In this document: positions 12,373 through 24,685 of the stretch, one piece after another | How the letters are laid out: every line of letters begins with the position of its first letter | Numbering within the stretch: the stretch's first letter is position 1 | Origin: Vicugna vicugna | Taxonomy: Eukaryota | Assembly (NCBI GenBank): GCA_013265495.1 | Contig: MU057887.1 | Span: forward strand, 941,985 to 1,005,984 | Length of the DNA stretch: 64,000 nucleotides | Reading direction: 5' to 3' | The notes under the pieces: generated by a model | The model's database searches: none | Told to the model about the DNA's origin: nothing | What the model saw: only the letters and a program-made list of their open reading frames with translations | Program-made: the position numbers and the translations under genes

Positions 12373-14689
12373 GGGCCCTGCCCCCTTCCCAGCCCCCAAG
12401 GAAGCCTGGGCGGCATCCTCAGTGCAGCGCAGACGTCCCTGCACCTCCCCTGGGGTGTGAGCACCTCAGACTGTGTTCCTCATGCCTGGGAAACAGCGCA
12501 GGAGCCAACCGGAGCAGGGTGGAACCCCCAGATGAGGACATCTGACCCCCACCTAGCTGGTGGAGGGCCAGCCTGAGGTGCCAGGGGGTCCCCAGCAGGG
12601 GAGACATCCACAGAGGAAGTGCTCCCAGGAGGCCTGCGGCTGCAGCAGGGAGAGGGGCACAGTGCCTGGACAGGAGGCGGGAGGTGGGAAGCTGCGAGCT
12701 CCCCAGTTCCGGCTCAGGAGGGGACCACGCTGGTGGGTGGGGACCTGGGAGGCTCCGGATCTCAGGGTGGGGGCCGTGGAAGGAGTGCTGGCTGGGGCGT
12801 GTGGGGACAGGCGAGGCTTCCTCTGAGCTGGCGTGGCTCAGCCCAGCGTGTGCGGCGGGCCCCAAACCCGACACCCGAGCCCTTTTAAGAATAAAAACAA
12901 ATATTTGTGTTGCCTGTTGTGTGTGTTGGGGTTTAGTTTTCTCCTCAAGGCTAAAAATAGGCTCATCTCCCGTCCCCGCGGGGATCCCTGCCCCGCCCGC
13001 CCGGTTGTGCCCGGCCTGGCCTGGCGCTCCGGGTCTCGTGCCAAGTTCTGACTTAACTGCCGGTGACGGGAGCACAGAGGTATCAGAAAACGATTATAGG
13101 ATTAAGGTGCCCATTACGGCTGCGCGGGAGGCAGGTCAGCGCCGGGCCGGCCAGGCCAGGGGCCACATCAGGGGCGGGGGCCCCCAGAGGGGCTCAGACA
13201 CCATCCCGGACCCCCTTCACCCAATGGCGATAATAACCCCCCTTCACCAACACACAAAGAGACAACACTAACGCAACCAGGGGATCCTGGAAGAAGCCAC
13301 GTCCCAGCTGAGGGGTGACAGGGGCCAGTGGGGGAGGGGGAGTAACAGAGGGAGCAGGGCCCCAAAGGAGGGGTGAGGGAGGGGCTGGAGATGGGTGAGG
13401 GTGGAGGGCAAATCTGGAAAACGTGATCGGTGGGTTCAAGGGGTCTGTGAAGCGATGGCGGGTGCAGCCAGGTGGCCTGGAGCCCTGGCTGCACCGGGTG
13501 CCCTGGGCAGCATTCCAGGGGTATAGTTGTGGTGTGAAACTGGGGGTCCTCAGGCAGGTGGGTCTGCCAGACTGTGAGGAGGAGCCCAGTGGCCCTGGGG
13601 AGCCAGTGGGGAGGGGCAGTTTAGGGGAGACACTGAGTGCCACCTGCAGGAGCCGGGGTGGGGGGGTCAAGGAGGTAGATGGCCACCCTGGCCATGGAGA
13701 CAGAGCTTCGGAGTCATAGACACCTTGTGACCGTGAGAACCTGGAGGAGGGAGACAGAAAGGACCCCTGGGGCCCCTGAGGCCCAGCCTCAGTCAGAGGC
13801 CAGCAAGGGGTGAGGGGCCCTTGAAGGAACCAGAGAAGGGGAAGGGCACCAGCTGAGGGGGACCCCAAAGATGAGAAGGAGATGGGGACGGGGCTCCTGA
13901 GGCCTGAGCTGAGCCAGATAATGGTCACAGGGAAATCTGTACACTGTGAGGAGCTGTGGGCACACCAGGGTGGGGCCCCTGGTATCTTTCCAGAGCCAGT
14001 GGGGCCTGCTCTGGTCGGGGCTGGCAAGGGTCGGTCCACAGGGAGAATTCCCCAGGGAGACGGCTGCCTTCGAGGGGGAGAGCGGGGAGGATGGGGAGGG
14101 GAGGGGCCCACCCACCCCTACAGCATCCCCTACCCCACCCACGAGCCGCCCTAGAGAAGGGAGGACTAGCAAGGTGAGTGTCAGAGGGGTTTCCTGGTGT
14201 CCTTGTTTGACTGCCAGCCTGACCCTCTGCCCCTCAGTTGGACTGGACGGTGTGGGTGAGGAGGAAGGAAAGGCTGACGATGTCTTCTGAGCATCACAGG
14301 CCATCTCCCCGGACCCTCCTCACAGCCCCTAGGCAGGCACTCTTGTCCTGTCTTCCAGAGGCACTGTGGGCCAATGTCACAAAGCAAAGGATCAGCCAGC
14401 CACCCACTCCATCCACAGGCCACAGGGGTGAAGAAGGGCCAGGCCTGCTGAGCAGGAGGCCGGCCTGTGTCCTGGTCCCTCCCCAACCCCGTGTGCCCTG
14501 GGGCAAGTCCCTGCCCCCTGCACCTGAGGGGCAGCTGGGTGCCCAGCCTGGCCAGGCACTCCTGGGCCTTCTCCGGCCCTCTCCTCCCCAGGGTTACTGT
14601 CTAGGGCCTGATCAACTACAAAACTACACCCAGAATCCACGGCTTTTCCCACGACTGCAGCTCTCCCGGACAGATACTGTAGCCTCCTG

Positions 14690-15288
14690 ACCCATCACCT
14701 TGCTTCCACCCCCTATCCCTTACCTTTCCCTGCACAGCAGCAGAGATCCTATTCAATCCTATCAGAGATGAAGGCGGACCACAGCATTGTCTGCAGAAAA
14801 CCTCTAGTGCCTGTCACCAGGTGGATGCCCAAGTCCTCATGGTGGCCCATGGGCGCCCCAGCCTGCTGCCTGTCTTCCCACTTGTCCTCTGCCCTCCCAC
14901 CCTCACTCTGTTCCAGACTCTTGCAGCTCCCCTAACCCACCAACCATTCTCTCCCCTCCGGGCCTCTGGCCTGGCTGGTCCCTCTGCCTGGAACATCCTC
15001 TATGGCTTCCTCCCTTGTCTCCTTCAAGTGGTAGCTCATCCGTCTCACTGTGGTCCACTCTGAGCACCCCCCCATCTTACATAATTTGCCTTGGCTCGTC
15101 CTTAGCCCTGATTACCTTCTTCCATGCCAAATACGTTATGGCTTATGATCTTTATTGCATTTCTAATAGATGCTTGTTTTCTTATGTCTCTCCAAACTGT
15201 CAGCTTCCGTGGGCAAGACTTCTGCTGCATCCCTGCTGCCTGACATGGGAGGTGTACAATAATATTTATGGGGAGCAAATGAATAAGG
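14690..15288 (+). mobile_element. L2 3' fragment
   Basis: Contains ccaagtcctc...ggccc, cctcactctgttccag and gctggtccctctgcctggaac, ending in aatatttatg...aatgaataa. Confidence 0.55.
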
Positions 15289-18264
15289 GTGAGACACAGT
15301 GCTTCTTGCCTTCAGAGGAAACTCCAGGGTCAGGCACAGGAGAAGAGGGCCTGGGCAAGGCAGCCTTCCCAGGGCCCAACACTGCCCATCCGCACCCCAG
15401 AGCCCAACACTGCCCATCCGCACCCGACCCTGGCCCAGAACTATGACCTCTTCCAACCATAGAACCAAGACTTCCAGAACCCTAGACAGAAAGTGCAGAC
15501 TCTCAGCATCTGAGAATCATGGAATCAGAACACTATGGGGGCTACACACCTCCTTCTTCACCACATAGAGATCAAACCATGCTTGAATTCCCTAGTGACA
15601 GGGAACTCCCTCCTTCCAGGAGCTGAGGCAGTGAGAAAGTCCTTCTAGTGTGGCCGGAGGCCTGCTCCCCACTGGACCTCCTAGGGATGCCCCCAAAGTC
15701 TCCTCGAGGAGTCGCACTGCAGACCCCGATGGCCCACAGGCCCTTCCACTAGAGCGAGATGAGGGAGTGCCCCTCCCAGCAGTGGGCACACTCCCAGCGC
15801 CTGGAGACAGTCCTGGTGACTCAGATCTGTCACCGCCTGCTGCCCTCCCTCTCCTAGAGTGTTTGTGTTGAGATTTAATCGATCCTCCTTCCCTGGGAAC
15901 CCAGGAGGGGAAGCAGGCATCAGCTACCCTTTCTTTGTCAGGACCCATCGACAAGGCCATCCCCACTTCCTCAGTGGGCAGGGCGACCCCTCCCCAGACT
16001 GGCTTACAAGGAGATCAATGTTCTGGCACTGGCCTTGGGAGCTCAAAGGGGGAGATGTGGGGAGCCCGGGCAGCCGGCTCAGTGCCCACCAGGCCAGGCC
16101 CATCTGGGTCTCATGAGGACCCTAGGAGCAGCCAGCCAAGTAGGACAACTGACAGCGCTGGTGACCAGGCCCAGCGGAGGGGTGGAGATGGGGAGGAGCA
16201 GCTTCAGGAAGGGCCCCAGTGCCCAGCCCTCCTCCTCACACCCCTCCCAGCCTGATGACTCTTGTGTGAGAGACTTTTCTACAAGGCTCCAGTGCAAGGT
16301 TCCCTTCTGTCCTTCCAGAACCTTCTGGAATCTTGTCAGCCATGGAGCAGCTCTCCAAGCTCCTCTCTCCCCATGACACACAACCCAGCTCCCTGCAAAC
16401 TCCGTGCTCCGTGTCCCTCCAGCTAACTCCCAGTCCAAGCCCAGACCCCCACTCTCCGCCATTCCTGAGCCTGAGGCAGCTCTTTCCCTCCTGCCTCCTT
16501 CCCCACCCTCCTCTTTCCTTCCTTTTCTTTAATTCATCAGCCCAGATGCCAGCTCCTCCAGGAAGCTTTGCTGACCGCCCATGTTCCTGCAAGGTCAGTT
16601 CCCTGCCCTTCTGAGCTCCCAGCCCCTTCTCCCTCCACGGCAGCCTTGGGTATGACAGGGGTGGGAGGACACTAAGGGACTTGTTATTCATCACTCTGTC
16701 CCCCACCCTGGCCTGGGGCTATGAAGGGAGGACTTCATTACAAACTCAGCTCTGGGGCTCCGCCATGCCCAGCCAAGCTCTGGGCCCCGAGGCAATCAGT
16801 GGTGATGGATGAGGGAAAGAAGGAATGTGGGAATGGACAGATGTGCTCTCCCAACCTGTTGGGTGGAAAAGCGGGTCTCAGGAGCCAGAAGTGAGGGTTT
16901 GAGCCAGAAGCCAGGGGAGGGACTTGGGCAAAGCCCCCCACCCATTCTGGGGCTGCAGGGTGCAGCACACGGCGGGGCAGCAGAATGGCCCCCACTGCAG
17001 CCCAGCCCCAGCAGCTCAGGCAGGGGGCTTCCAGAGCTGCAGACACTGGAGGCTCCTCCACAGGGGTCTTGCCCAGTGTTGCCCGCAAGACCCTCCCTCC
17101 CACTAGGCTAGTCCAGAAGGACTGGGGTCCTAGAGGCCACCCTCAGGCTGCAGGGTGGGTGGGCTGGCCACCTATGGGGGACGAGCAAGGCCGCCTGTGT
17201 CCAGCTCCTGGAGAGCGGCCCAGCCCTGGCCGCCCCGCCGGCCACCGGCCTCTGCCTGCAGGTGGAGTAAGAGGACTCCTGATCCTGGGCCGGCCTTGCC
17301 CGCATCTGGGCGGCTTCCTTGCGAGGCTGCGAGGGCTTTTTGTTCTCCAGAGTCCCAGGTGGCCAAGGACCACAGCTGTGCTCAGAGGGGCATGGAGTCC
17401 AGACCAGAAGAGGACAAGCCAGCCAGGGGAACGGGCCATGCAGTTCTGGCCTGAGTGCTGCTCACCCCTGACACCCTCGAAGCAGTGTTCCCCCAGGGCA
17501 AGCTGCAGGCGGGCCCTAAACCCCCCCCACCAGGGACTTCGGTGGGCCAGCTGCCCACCTCTCAGGCCTCTGCTGGGCACCGCCATGGGTGCCAGGCCTG
17601 CGACACCCCAAGACCTATGAGTCCTGGATGCCCAGGCAGGCAGCTCTGGGTCCCCAGGTCCTGCAAGCCCAGGGGCCTGCCGAGCAGGGAGGTGGCATCA
17701 CAGAGAAGGAAGGTGGGCACAAGCTCAGAGGGAGACGAGGGAAGGACAGCGCCGGTGGCGGGGGGAGACCCAAGCTGACGTCCAGCTGACGTCCTGGCTC
17801 CCGGGGGTCTTGCCCCAGGACTGGCTGTTCTGCTCAGGCGACCACTTTCCCCATCTGCCTGGGGGCCAGGCGCGCCAGCACTCACTCACCTCTCCTCCCC
17901 GTCCTGGGCCCCTCAGGCCCCCTGAACCACAGCTCCAGCCGCCCCAGGCCTGCTCAAACCAGATCACCATCCCCTCTTCCCTTCACCAGGCCCACAACCC
18001 CATCCTCCTGACCCCCTCCCCACCTTCGAGCACCAGGAGTCATGAAATTCAGCCAGATGTCTAACCCAGATCCACCTGCCAATGTTTAACCCCGTCTTCC
18101 CTGTTCTGCCTTTGGTAGAAGATAGGTGTTGCTGTCACCCCTCCCCAAGATCCACCTTGGTGGCCTCTGCCCACTCATCTTTGTGCGACCTCGGACAGAG
18201 CCCTGGGGCCGTCATTTCCCCTCGTGGGAGGAGGCCTCTGACTTGGGTAGAAGGAAGACACCAG

Positions 18265-18410
18265 AAGGCCTGAATTCAAATCCTGGTTCTGCTTCTCACC
18301 AGCTGCGTGACCTTAAACAGAATCTTTTCTTCTCTGTGCCTGGGTTTTCCCATCTATCAAATAGTGTTAGCACTGACCTATCTGGGGAAGGGGTGTTGTG
18401 CAGGTTGTGG
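18265..18410 (+). mobile_element. MIR
   Basis: cctgaattcaaatcctggttctgc...gctgcgtgaccttaaaca...tctctgtgcctgggttttcccatctatcaaat matches the MIR core. Confidence 0.7.
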
Positions 18411-20874
18411 GTGCCCGTGGACCGGACCCGGTGAGTGGCGTGCTGGGGCGTGGTGCTCCCTGCTCACTTCCGGGGGCCCTCAGCCTGCTGGAGGCAGGGG
18501 CAGGGCAGTAACAGCAGTGGGACCTCTGCCCGTGAGGATGAGGGCCAGGACAGAGGGTGAGGGAGGGCAGGAACCCCAGTGATCTTGCTGGGGAAGGTGG
18601 GCATTAGGGGAAAGAGGCAGGTGGACAGGGCATCCCAGGCAGAAGGCGCAGCAGGAGCAGAGGCTGGGTGTGGGGAGGGGGGTGAGATGGGCTTCTCGGG
18701 GGAGGGGAGGCTTGCCGGCAGGGCCAGGGGCTGAGCGTCGGGGCTCGGTAGAGGTTGGCTGTAGGAGATGAGGCAGAGGGTCAGGAAGGACTTTGAAGGC
18801 CACAGCAAGGAGAGAGCATCTGCCCATCACAGCCACAGGGCCACCTGTGAGCTCTGGCCACCAGACAGCAGCTGAGTGGACCGCCTGGGTAGCCCTGTGT
18901 GGGGACAGGGTGGGAGCCCCCTGATGCAAAAGCTCAGCCTGAGAGCAGAGCGTGGCCAGATGGAGAAAGAGGGAACCTGGGCCTGGCTGGACAGAGCTTA
19001 CTCCCCTGTGCCCATTATACAGAGGGGAAGTTGAGGCTCAGAGAGGCCGAAGAGCAGGTCCAAAGCGTTCTCTTGTCTCCCAGGCTGCCTCAGTCAGCAG
19101 CTGCACCCCCAGAAGGGGCTGCCTGCGTAGGGCAGGAGTGGGAAGGAGATCTGGAGCCTCTGGAGGGGCCATGAACACCCCCTGTCCCCAGGAGCCAGGC
19201 CAGGGCCTGGCCTCCAGCAAGGCTGAATGAGTGAATGAACAAGTGAATGAATGAATGGGCTCTCCGTGCTGGCATCCCCACATCCTACCAGGGAAGCCTG
19301 CGTGACCCCCTCCTGCCTTGGGGATCCTATGCTCTCTTGGAGCGCGGTGGGAAGGCGAGTCTGGAGCAGGTGCATCCTGGGCAAATTCAGAGAGGCAGGA
19401 AGGCACCTGGCGTGCCTGGGGCCAGCTGGTAGCCGAGGGGCCCAGGTGACACTCTGGGGGAATGAGCCACCATGTTAGGGGTGCAGGGCCGCCTGGGGAA
19501 ATGCTTCTGAAATATTAGCCTCAGAGGTCTGGGGGGTCAGGTGGGCCCCCAGGATGGGCCAGGCAGTGTAGACTCAACGTCTCGGGCTGGGCCCCTTGGA
19601 GGATGGGCTAGGCGGCCCCAGGAGGCCGGGGCTGGAGTTGAACCGTGGCCAAGAAATAAGTGCAGTCTGGGCACCGGGGCCGGGGCGTTCTCGGAGCTCT
19701 TTCCTCATTCCTGGCCCTGTGGGAGTAGCCGGACCCTGGCGTTCCGCTGCAGCCACCACCGCGGATTTGCTTACCGTCTCGTGGGGAACAGAGGCCTCCT
19801 GCCAAACTACCGCCCCCCGCCTGGCTCAGGCCCCACCAACCCTGTCGACCACCAAGTCCTGGCCCCAGCCACCTCCTGCTCCCAGAAACTGAGGCCACAC
19901 GTGGGGAGGGCCGCAGCAGAGGCTGTGGTGCCTGGGTGTCAGGGACGGGCAGGACCTGGCCTCCAAACCCTGGGCTCTCGTCCATCTCCCCCGCACCGCA
20001 GCCTGGAAGGGTGCGTCTTCCTCCAAAAGCCCGCCTGGTGGCCCCTCTGCCGAGACCTGGGTTTGGGGCCAGGCTCCATGGGTGCCCAGGCAGACAGGGG
20101 CTGTTTGATCAGCGGTTCCGCCTGATGCCAGGCTGCCGGGACAGTGGGCAGTGGCCAAACCGGCCCCGCCGCATGCCTTCCGGCCCTCAGCAGGAATGCC
20201 ATTCATCCTCCCTGCTCACACAGTTACCACAGGCAGAGGCCTGGCCTCTGGGGAGAAGTAGCGAGGCCTGGTGGCCAGTCAGGGGCCTCTGAGCTCCCAG
20301 GAGCCTCAGGCTGCCTTCCCATACCTGGAGAGGGCAAGGAGCGCCCCAGGGGGGGCACTTGAGTCAAAACCCACCAGCCACACTGGGACAGACCCACAGG
20401 GACCCTGAGGCCAGAGCCCAGCTGGGGTCAGAAGGGGAAGGGAGGCACAGAGGGAGACAGCTGGGGCTGGGGCCTCCAGGCTGCGGTTCGCCTACCCCTG
20501 GGCTCCCCCTTCTCCTGAGAGCAGCCCCCACTCAGCCCCATGGCACCAGGCCAAGGCCCTCCTGTCCCTGCATCTTGACCCAGGCTGTCTAAGGAGGCCT
20601 CAGAGTCTGGACCCAGCCCCCACAAGTAGCTGGGGGCAGGTGGGACAAGATTCCCCCGTGCCTCCCCCCCAACCCATGGGACCTGGGAAAGGTGGGGGGG
20701 GGGAGGGCGGGGTAGAAGGGACCTTCAGCATGGCCCAGCCCAGCTCGCAGAAAGGGGAGAGGAAGTCGGAAGGGCGGGAGCCACATGAGGGCTGAGGAGG
20801 GTGGGGGGCTGTCCTGGAGGGGTAGCTCCTGTGTCCCCCCTCCCAGGGGCAAGCTCTGCAGGGAAATCGCGGGG

Positions 20875-20912
20875 GCTCCACACACACTCACTCCTCTGGT
20901 TCCAGCTTTATT
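20875..20912 (-). terminator. Polyadenylation signal with GU-rich downstream element
   Basis: Minus strand reads AATAAA gctggaaccagagga gtgagtgtgtgtgg: a canonical hexamer followed by a GU-rich tract. Confidence 0.7.
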
Positions 20913-23180
20913 GGAGCTGAGCGCTCCCCTCCCGGGGAGGCCAGACACAGCCCGTCAGAAACCTGCCAGGTCTCCTGGAGTGGGACACTGCAGGGACACG
21001 CAGCGCCTCGGCCACCACCATCCCACCTGGGCCATAGTGCCACCCTCACCCCCACCCAAGGGAAGGGCTGCTGCTGGCACACTCTGCGGGGAGGGTGGGG
21101 TGTTGGCAGGGGCACCTGGTGGCCAAGGGACAGTGGGATGACTTGGTTGCATCAGGGGCCACCAAGGGTCCAAGGGTCTGTTTCAAGCAGAAGGAGGGAC
21201 CTGGCTCGGGAACAGCTCAGCCATCCCCCCCGCCCCCAGTACCCAGTGTAGGTCACAATAATTTAAAAGACACTATAGACATTTCGACGCTATATAACAA
21301 TATAAGTTAACCAGTTTCCTTGGCAGAGGACGCTAGGCAGGGGTGTCCTAGGACCCAAGGTTGGGGGAAAGGGGACCGAGGGGCATTCACAGTGGCCTGG
21401 AAGCTCCCAGGACAGCAGCTTGTGGAGTGTCCTGGCATCATCAAGGCAGGCAGGGTGGACGCCAGGTCCAGGGCCCAGTGTCAGTCACCCAGGCTAATGT
21501 CCAGCCCACTTGACTGATCAGTAGCCTGAGGACACATTTCCATGGGTTTCTGTGAGAAAATACCCTAAATTCAGGGCGGGGACGAGTGTGTGGGCAGTGC
21601 AGGGTGCACCATAAGCCGGCTGCACACCATCGTTTCTGGCCCTGGACATGTCACTCTCTCTGCGCCTCAGTCACCCCAAGGAGAGTTGGAGCACTGGCAG
21701 AGACGTCCAGCCCGGAGTTTCCAGGCTCCCAAGCTCTCCCAACCCACACACGGTCTAGAACCAAGCAGGACCTCTTTCCATGCCTGTCCCCCAGGTTGTG
21801 GGGTGATTCAGACTCCAAGGGAGGGTCTGCATGGTATGCAGGCTGTGGTAGGGGGAAGTCTGGAGGGCAGGTATCTGCTGGGACAGCAAGTGGGACCCCG
21901 GCAGAGCAGACACCCTGGATCTGAGTCTCCTCAGCATCTGGATCAGGACGAGAGGACAAGGACTGGGTAAGGAGACCACCAGAGAAACCCTCAAAGGCAC
22001 CTTGAGGGGGCGTGGACCCCAGTGAGGCTGGCAGCAGAGGGGGCGTGGCCAGATCTTTCAAGGCCTGGGGGCCGCCTCTCACCTGGGCATCCCCAGAGCA
22101 CATCCTTCAAGATCAGGAGCCCTGGGATAGGGGTCAGCAAGCCTGAGCCAAGGCAGGAGCCTCCACTCACGGCCTTGGGGGTCTCTGGCTCGTGCTTGAG
22201 CCATTCTGGGCCTCACTGTCTGCATTTGTCAAATAAGGCAAACACCCTGAACTATCCCCCATTCCACCAGCCTGCCTCGGCACAGCACTGTCCTGGGGGT
22301 CCGACTGGCTCCAGGGTGGGAGGGGGCTCTGTAAACTAGGGGGTGCCAGGCCGGTGAGGGGTTTGGAAGGGCAACAGCATTAGGGAGGGGATGCAGGACC
22401 CCTGAAACCTGACATGGGTGACATTTTGATTTGCTAGATATGAATTTCAAAAAGAAGGGAAGAGAGGGCCAGAGATCCCTGTCCATGGTGCTCCTCAGAG
22501 GCTGTCTTGGGCCATGTCGGCCACCAAGCCCCTGCCCAGCTCACCTGGGGACCACATGAACTGCCACCTCCCCCTGGGACAGAGTCATACACAGAGATGC
22601 TTCCACGGGTACCCAGAGGCCAGAAGAGGAAGCAGAGGGTGGCCAGGGGATGAGCCAACAGAGTACGGAGTTAGGACCGGCTACGCCTTAATGCTAAAAT
22701 CCTCTTCTGATACTAAGAAAACATAAATAATTTTTGTCAACATCTGCCCAGACCACCCCAGAGCCCAGTGACTGATGCGGCCTGGGAAGCAGTTTTTCTG
22801 TGTCCATACCACCAGGTGGGGGAGGAGAACACTCAGAGTCTTGTCGCTTTGCTTTTCAGGGTATGTGTGTGTCCTTGAGGTTCACTTTCCCCGAGAAAAG
22901 AAAAAAAATTCACTGGGCGGGTTCCGGGACACCAGGCCATTGGCCTTGCCCTCTCAGTGATGGGCACTGTTCCGCCATGGCAAGGGACAGGAATGGCAGG
23001 AGGGAGGCCCTAGAGGGCAGAGAGAGGGTGATCGGCCCGTGGGAGTCCTCCAGCGCCGGGGGCTCCCACCTTCTCCACTCACCTCTGCCCACAGCCCAGT
23101 GGCCAGGAGCAGATGTGCAGAGCGCCGCGGGGCGGGGCGGCGGGGGGAGTGGGCGGGGCGGCGGGGCGGGGCGGAGGCGC
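20885..23180 (-). other. WNT7B: WNT7B 3'UTR (about 2.3 kb, end inferred)
   Basis: Runs from the stop codon to just past the minus-strand AATAAA at 20907-20912. Contains AU-rich islands near 22715-22745 and 21250-21315. Confidence 0.7.
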
Positions 23181-23670
23181 TCACTTGCAGGTGTAGACCT
23201 CGGTGCGCTCGCTGCACGTGTTGCACTTGACGAAGCAGCACCAGTGGAACTTGCAGTTGCACTGCCAGACCTTGGTGTACTGGTGGGTGTTGTAGCCGCG
23301 GCCGCAGCACATGGTGTCGCAGCCGTCGGCGCCGGGGGAGGTGCGGTTGCAGAGGCGGCCCTGCGTGCCCACGCTGCCGGTGGCCGCGTCCTCCTCGCAG
23401 TAGTTGGGCGACTTCTCGATGTACACCAGGTCCGTCTCCATGGGCTTCTGGTAGCTGCGCAGCTGTTTGATGCGCAGGAAGGTGGGCTGCCGCAGGCGGC
23501 TGGCCCGCACCACCTCCACCTGCACCGCCACGTTGTACTTCTCCTTCAGCAGGTGGCCCACCTCGCGGAACTTGGGCAGCGTGGTCCAGCAGGTCTTGGT
23601 GGTGCAGGAGCCCGACACACCGTGGCACTTACACTCCAGCTTCATGCGCTCCTCCAGGACCTGCGGGCCA
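23120..23670. other. CpG-rich segment over exon 4 and the proximal 3'UTR
   Basis: Visibly dense CpG and very high GC, including (GGGGC)n-like runs at 23125-23177. Confidence 0.6.
23181..23660 (-). CDS. WNT7B: Wnt-7b terminal coding exon 4 (480 nt including TGA)
   Basis: Acceptor is tggcccgcag|GTC. Translates [25 protein letters not shown]...[19 protein letters not shown]. Contains the lipidation motif [10 protein letters not shown], the Wnt7b-type linker [29 protein letters not shown] and the Cys-rich C-terminus. Confidence 0.98.
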   Translation of the reverse strand, partial: VLEERMKLECKCHGVSGSCTTKTCWTTLPKFREVGHLLKEKYNVAVQVEVVRASRLRQPTFLRIKQLRSYQKPMETDLVYIEKSPNYCEEDAATGSVGTQGRLCNRTSPGADGCDTMCCGRGYNTHQYTKVWQCNCKFHWCCFVKCNTCSERTEVYTCK

Positions 23671-23759
23671 CAGGGCAGGCTCAGTCTGGGTGGGGGGCCT
23701 GGGGCCTCCCAGCTCCCTCCCGACCCCATCTCCACCTGACCTGGAGCCCACTCCCCTCT

Positions 23760-24050
23760 TCCCACTGTGTGACCGGGCATCAGTGTTTCCTCCTCCCTGA
23801 GCCTGTATCCTTACCCATTCAATGGGGCTGCTGACCATAGGTCCCTATACAGAGGGCCTCGTGAGGGTCAGTGAGAAGCCAGCACTTGGCATAGTGTGGT
23901 GTATATTTCTCAAATGTGTTTTGCTACATTCCCATCACCCTTCAGGGAGCTGCGGGTCGATGCCCTAATGAGGAAACTGAGGCTCAGGGGGCAGTGGGAC
24001 TTGCTGCAGCTCACAGAGCAGCAGGTGGTGAAGTCAGTGTGTGCACCCAT
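23760..24050. mobile_element. Two adjacent MIR fragments in opposite orientation
   Basis: ctgtgtgaccgggca...ccctgagcctg...aatgggg...agcacttggcatagt, then aatgaggaaactgaggctcag...gacttgc...tcacag. Confidence 0.55.
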
Positions 24051-24648
24051 CCTGGCTCAGGGAGGCACCTCTCTGTGGTACCAGGCCCAGCAACAGCAGG
24101 TGCTTAATATGTGCAGATCCCCCACCCCGTCTCTCCCACTCCCCACCCTCATGCCTGGTGTAGGCCCTGGCATGCAGTCGGCACTTAATAAATGGCTGTT
24201 CAATGAAAGCCCAGTACACACATGGAGCTCTGTGCACCTTTGCTGAAGGACAGAGAAGGGGTGGGCGGGCGGTGAGGGGACGGGTCGGTGAGGCCCGGGC
24301 GTGCCGTCTGCCGGGAAGCCGCCCTCCGACCAGTGTTGTTCTTTCTCCCCGGCTCCCCAAGGGCCAGGGATGGGTGCAGCCGTGTGTTTTCCTTGGGCCT
24401 CCCTCCTTGGCCCCGGAAGGCCGATTCCCAGAGCCAGCCCTGACCCCAGGCACTCATTTACCCGGATCGAAAAGGCCCTGCCAGCCAGGGCTGATTAAAG
24501 ATGGGGAATCATTAGCTGCCGCCCCACGGCTGCACAAGGGCCATTTGTCATCTATCGAGGCTCCCGCTGGCCTCACTTTGACAGCCAGCTCTACAGGGGC
24601 TTGGACACCCTCTGCCCCCTTGCCCAGAACCCCAGCCCTAACCCTCGG

Positions 24649-24685
24649 TGAATGAATGAATGAATGAATGAACAAACGAATGAAA
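24649..24685 (+). repeat. (TGAA)n short tandem repeat
   Basis: tgaatgaatgaatgaatgaatgaacaaacgaatgaa, typical of L2 tails. Confidence 0.8.

Noticed and set aside
13194..14111. 305-aa Pro/Ser-rich minus-strand ORF
   Set aside because: The composition simply reflects a G-rich plus strand. I recognised no protein family or exon structure.
22800..23834. 344-aa plus-strand ORF overlapping exon 4
   Set aside because: It is the antisense shadow of a GC-rich coding exon. The translation is low-complexity Ala/Gly/Val-rich with no recognisable domain.
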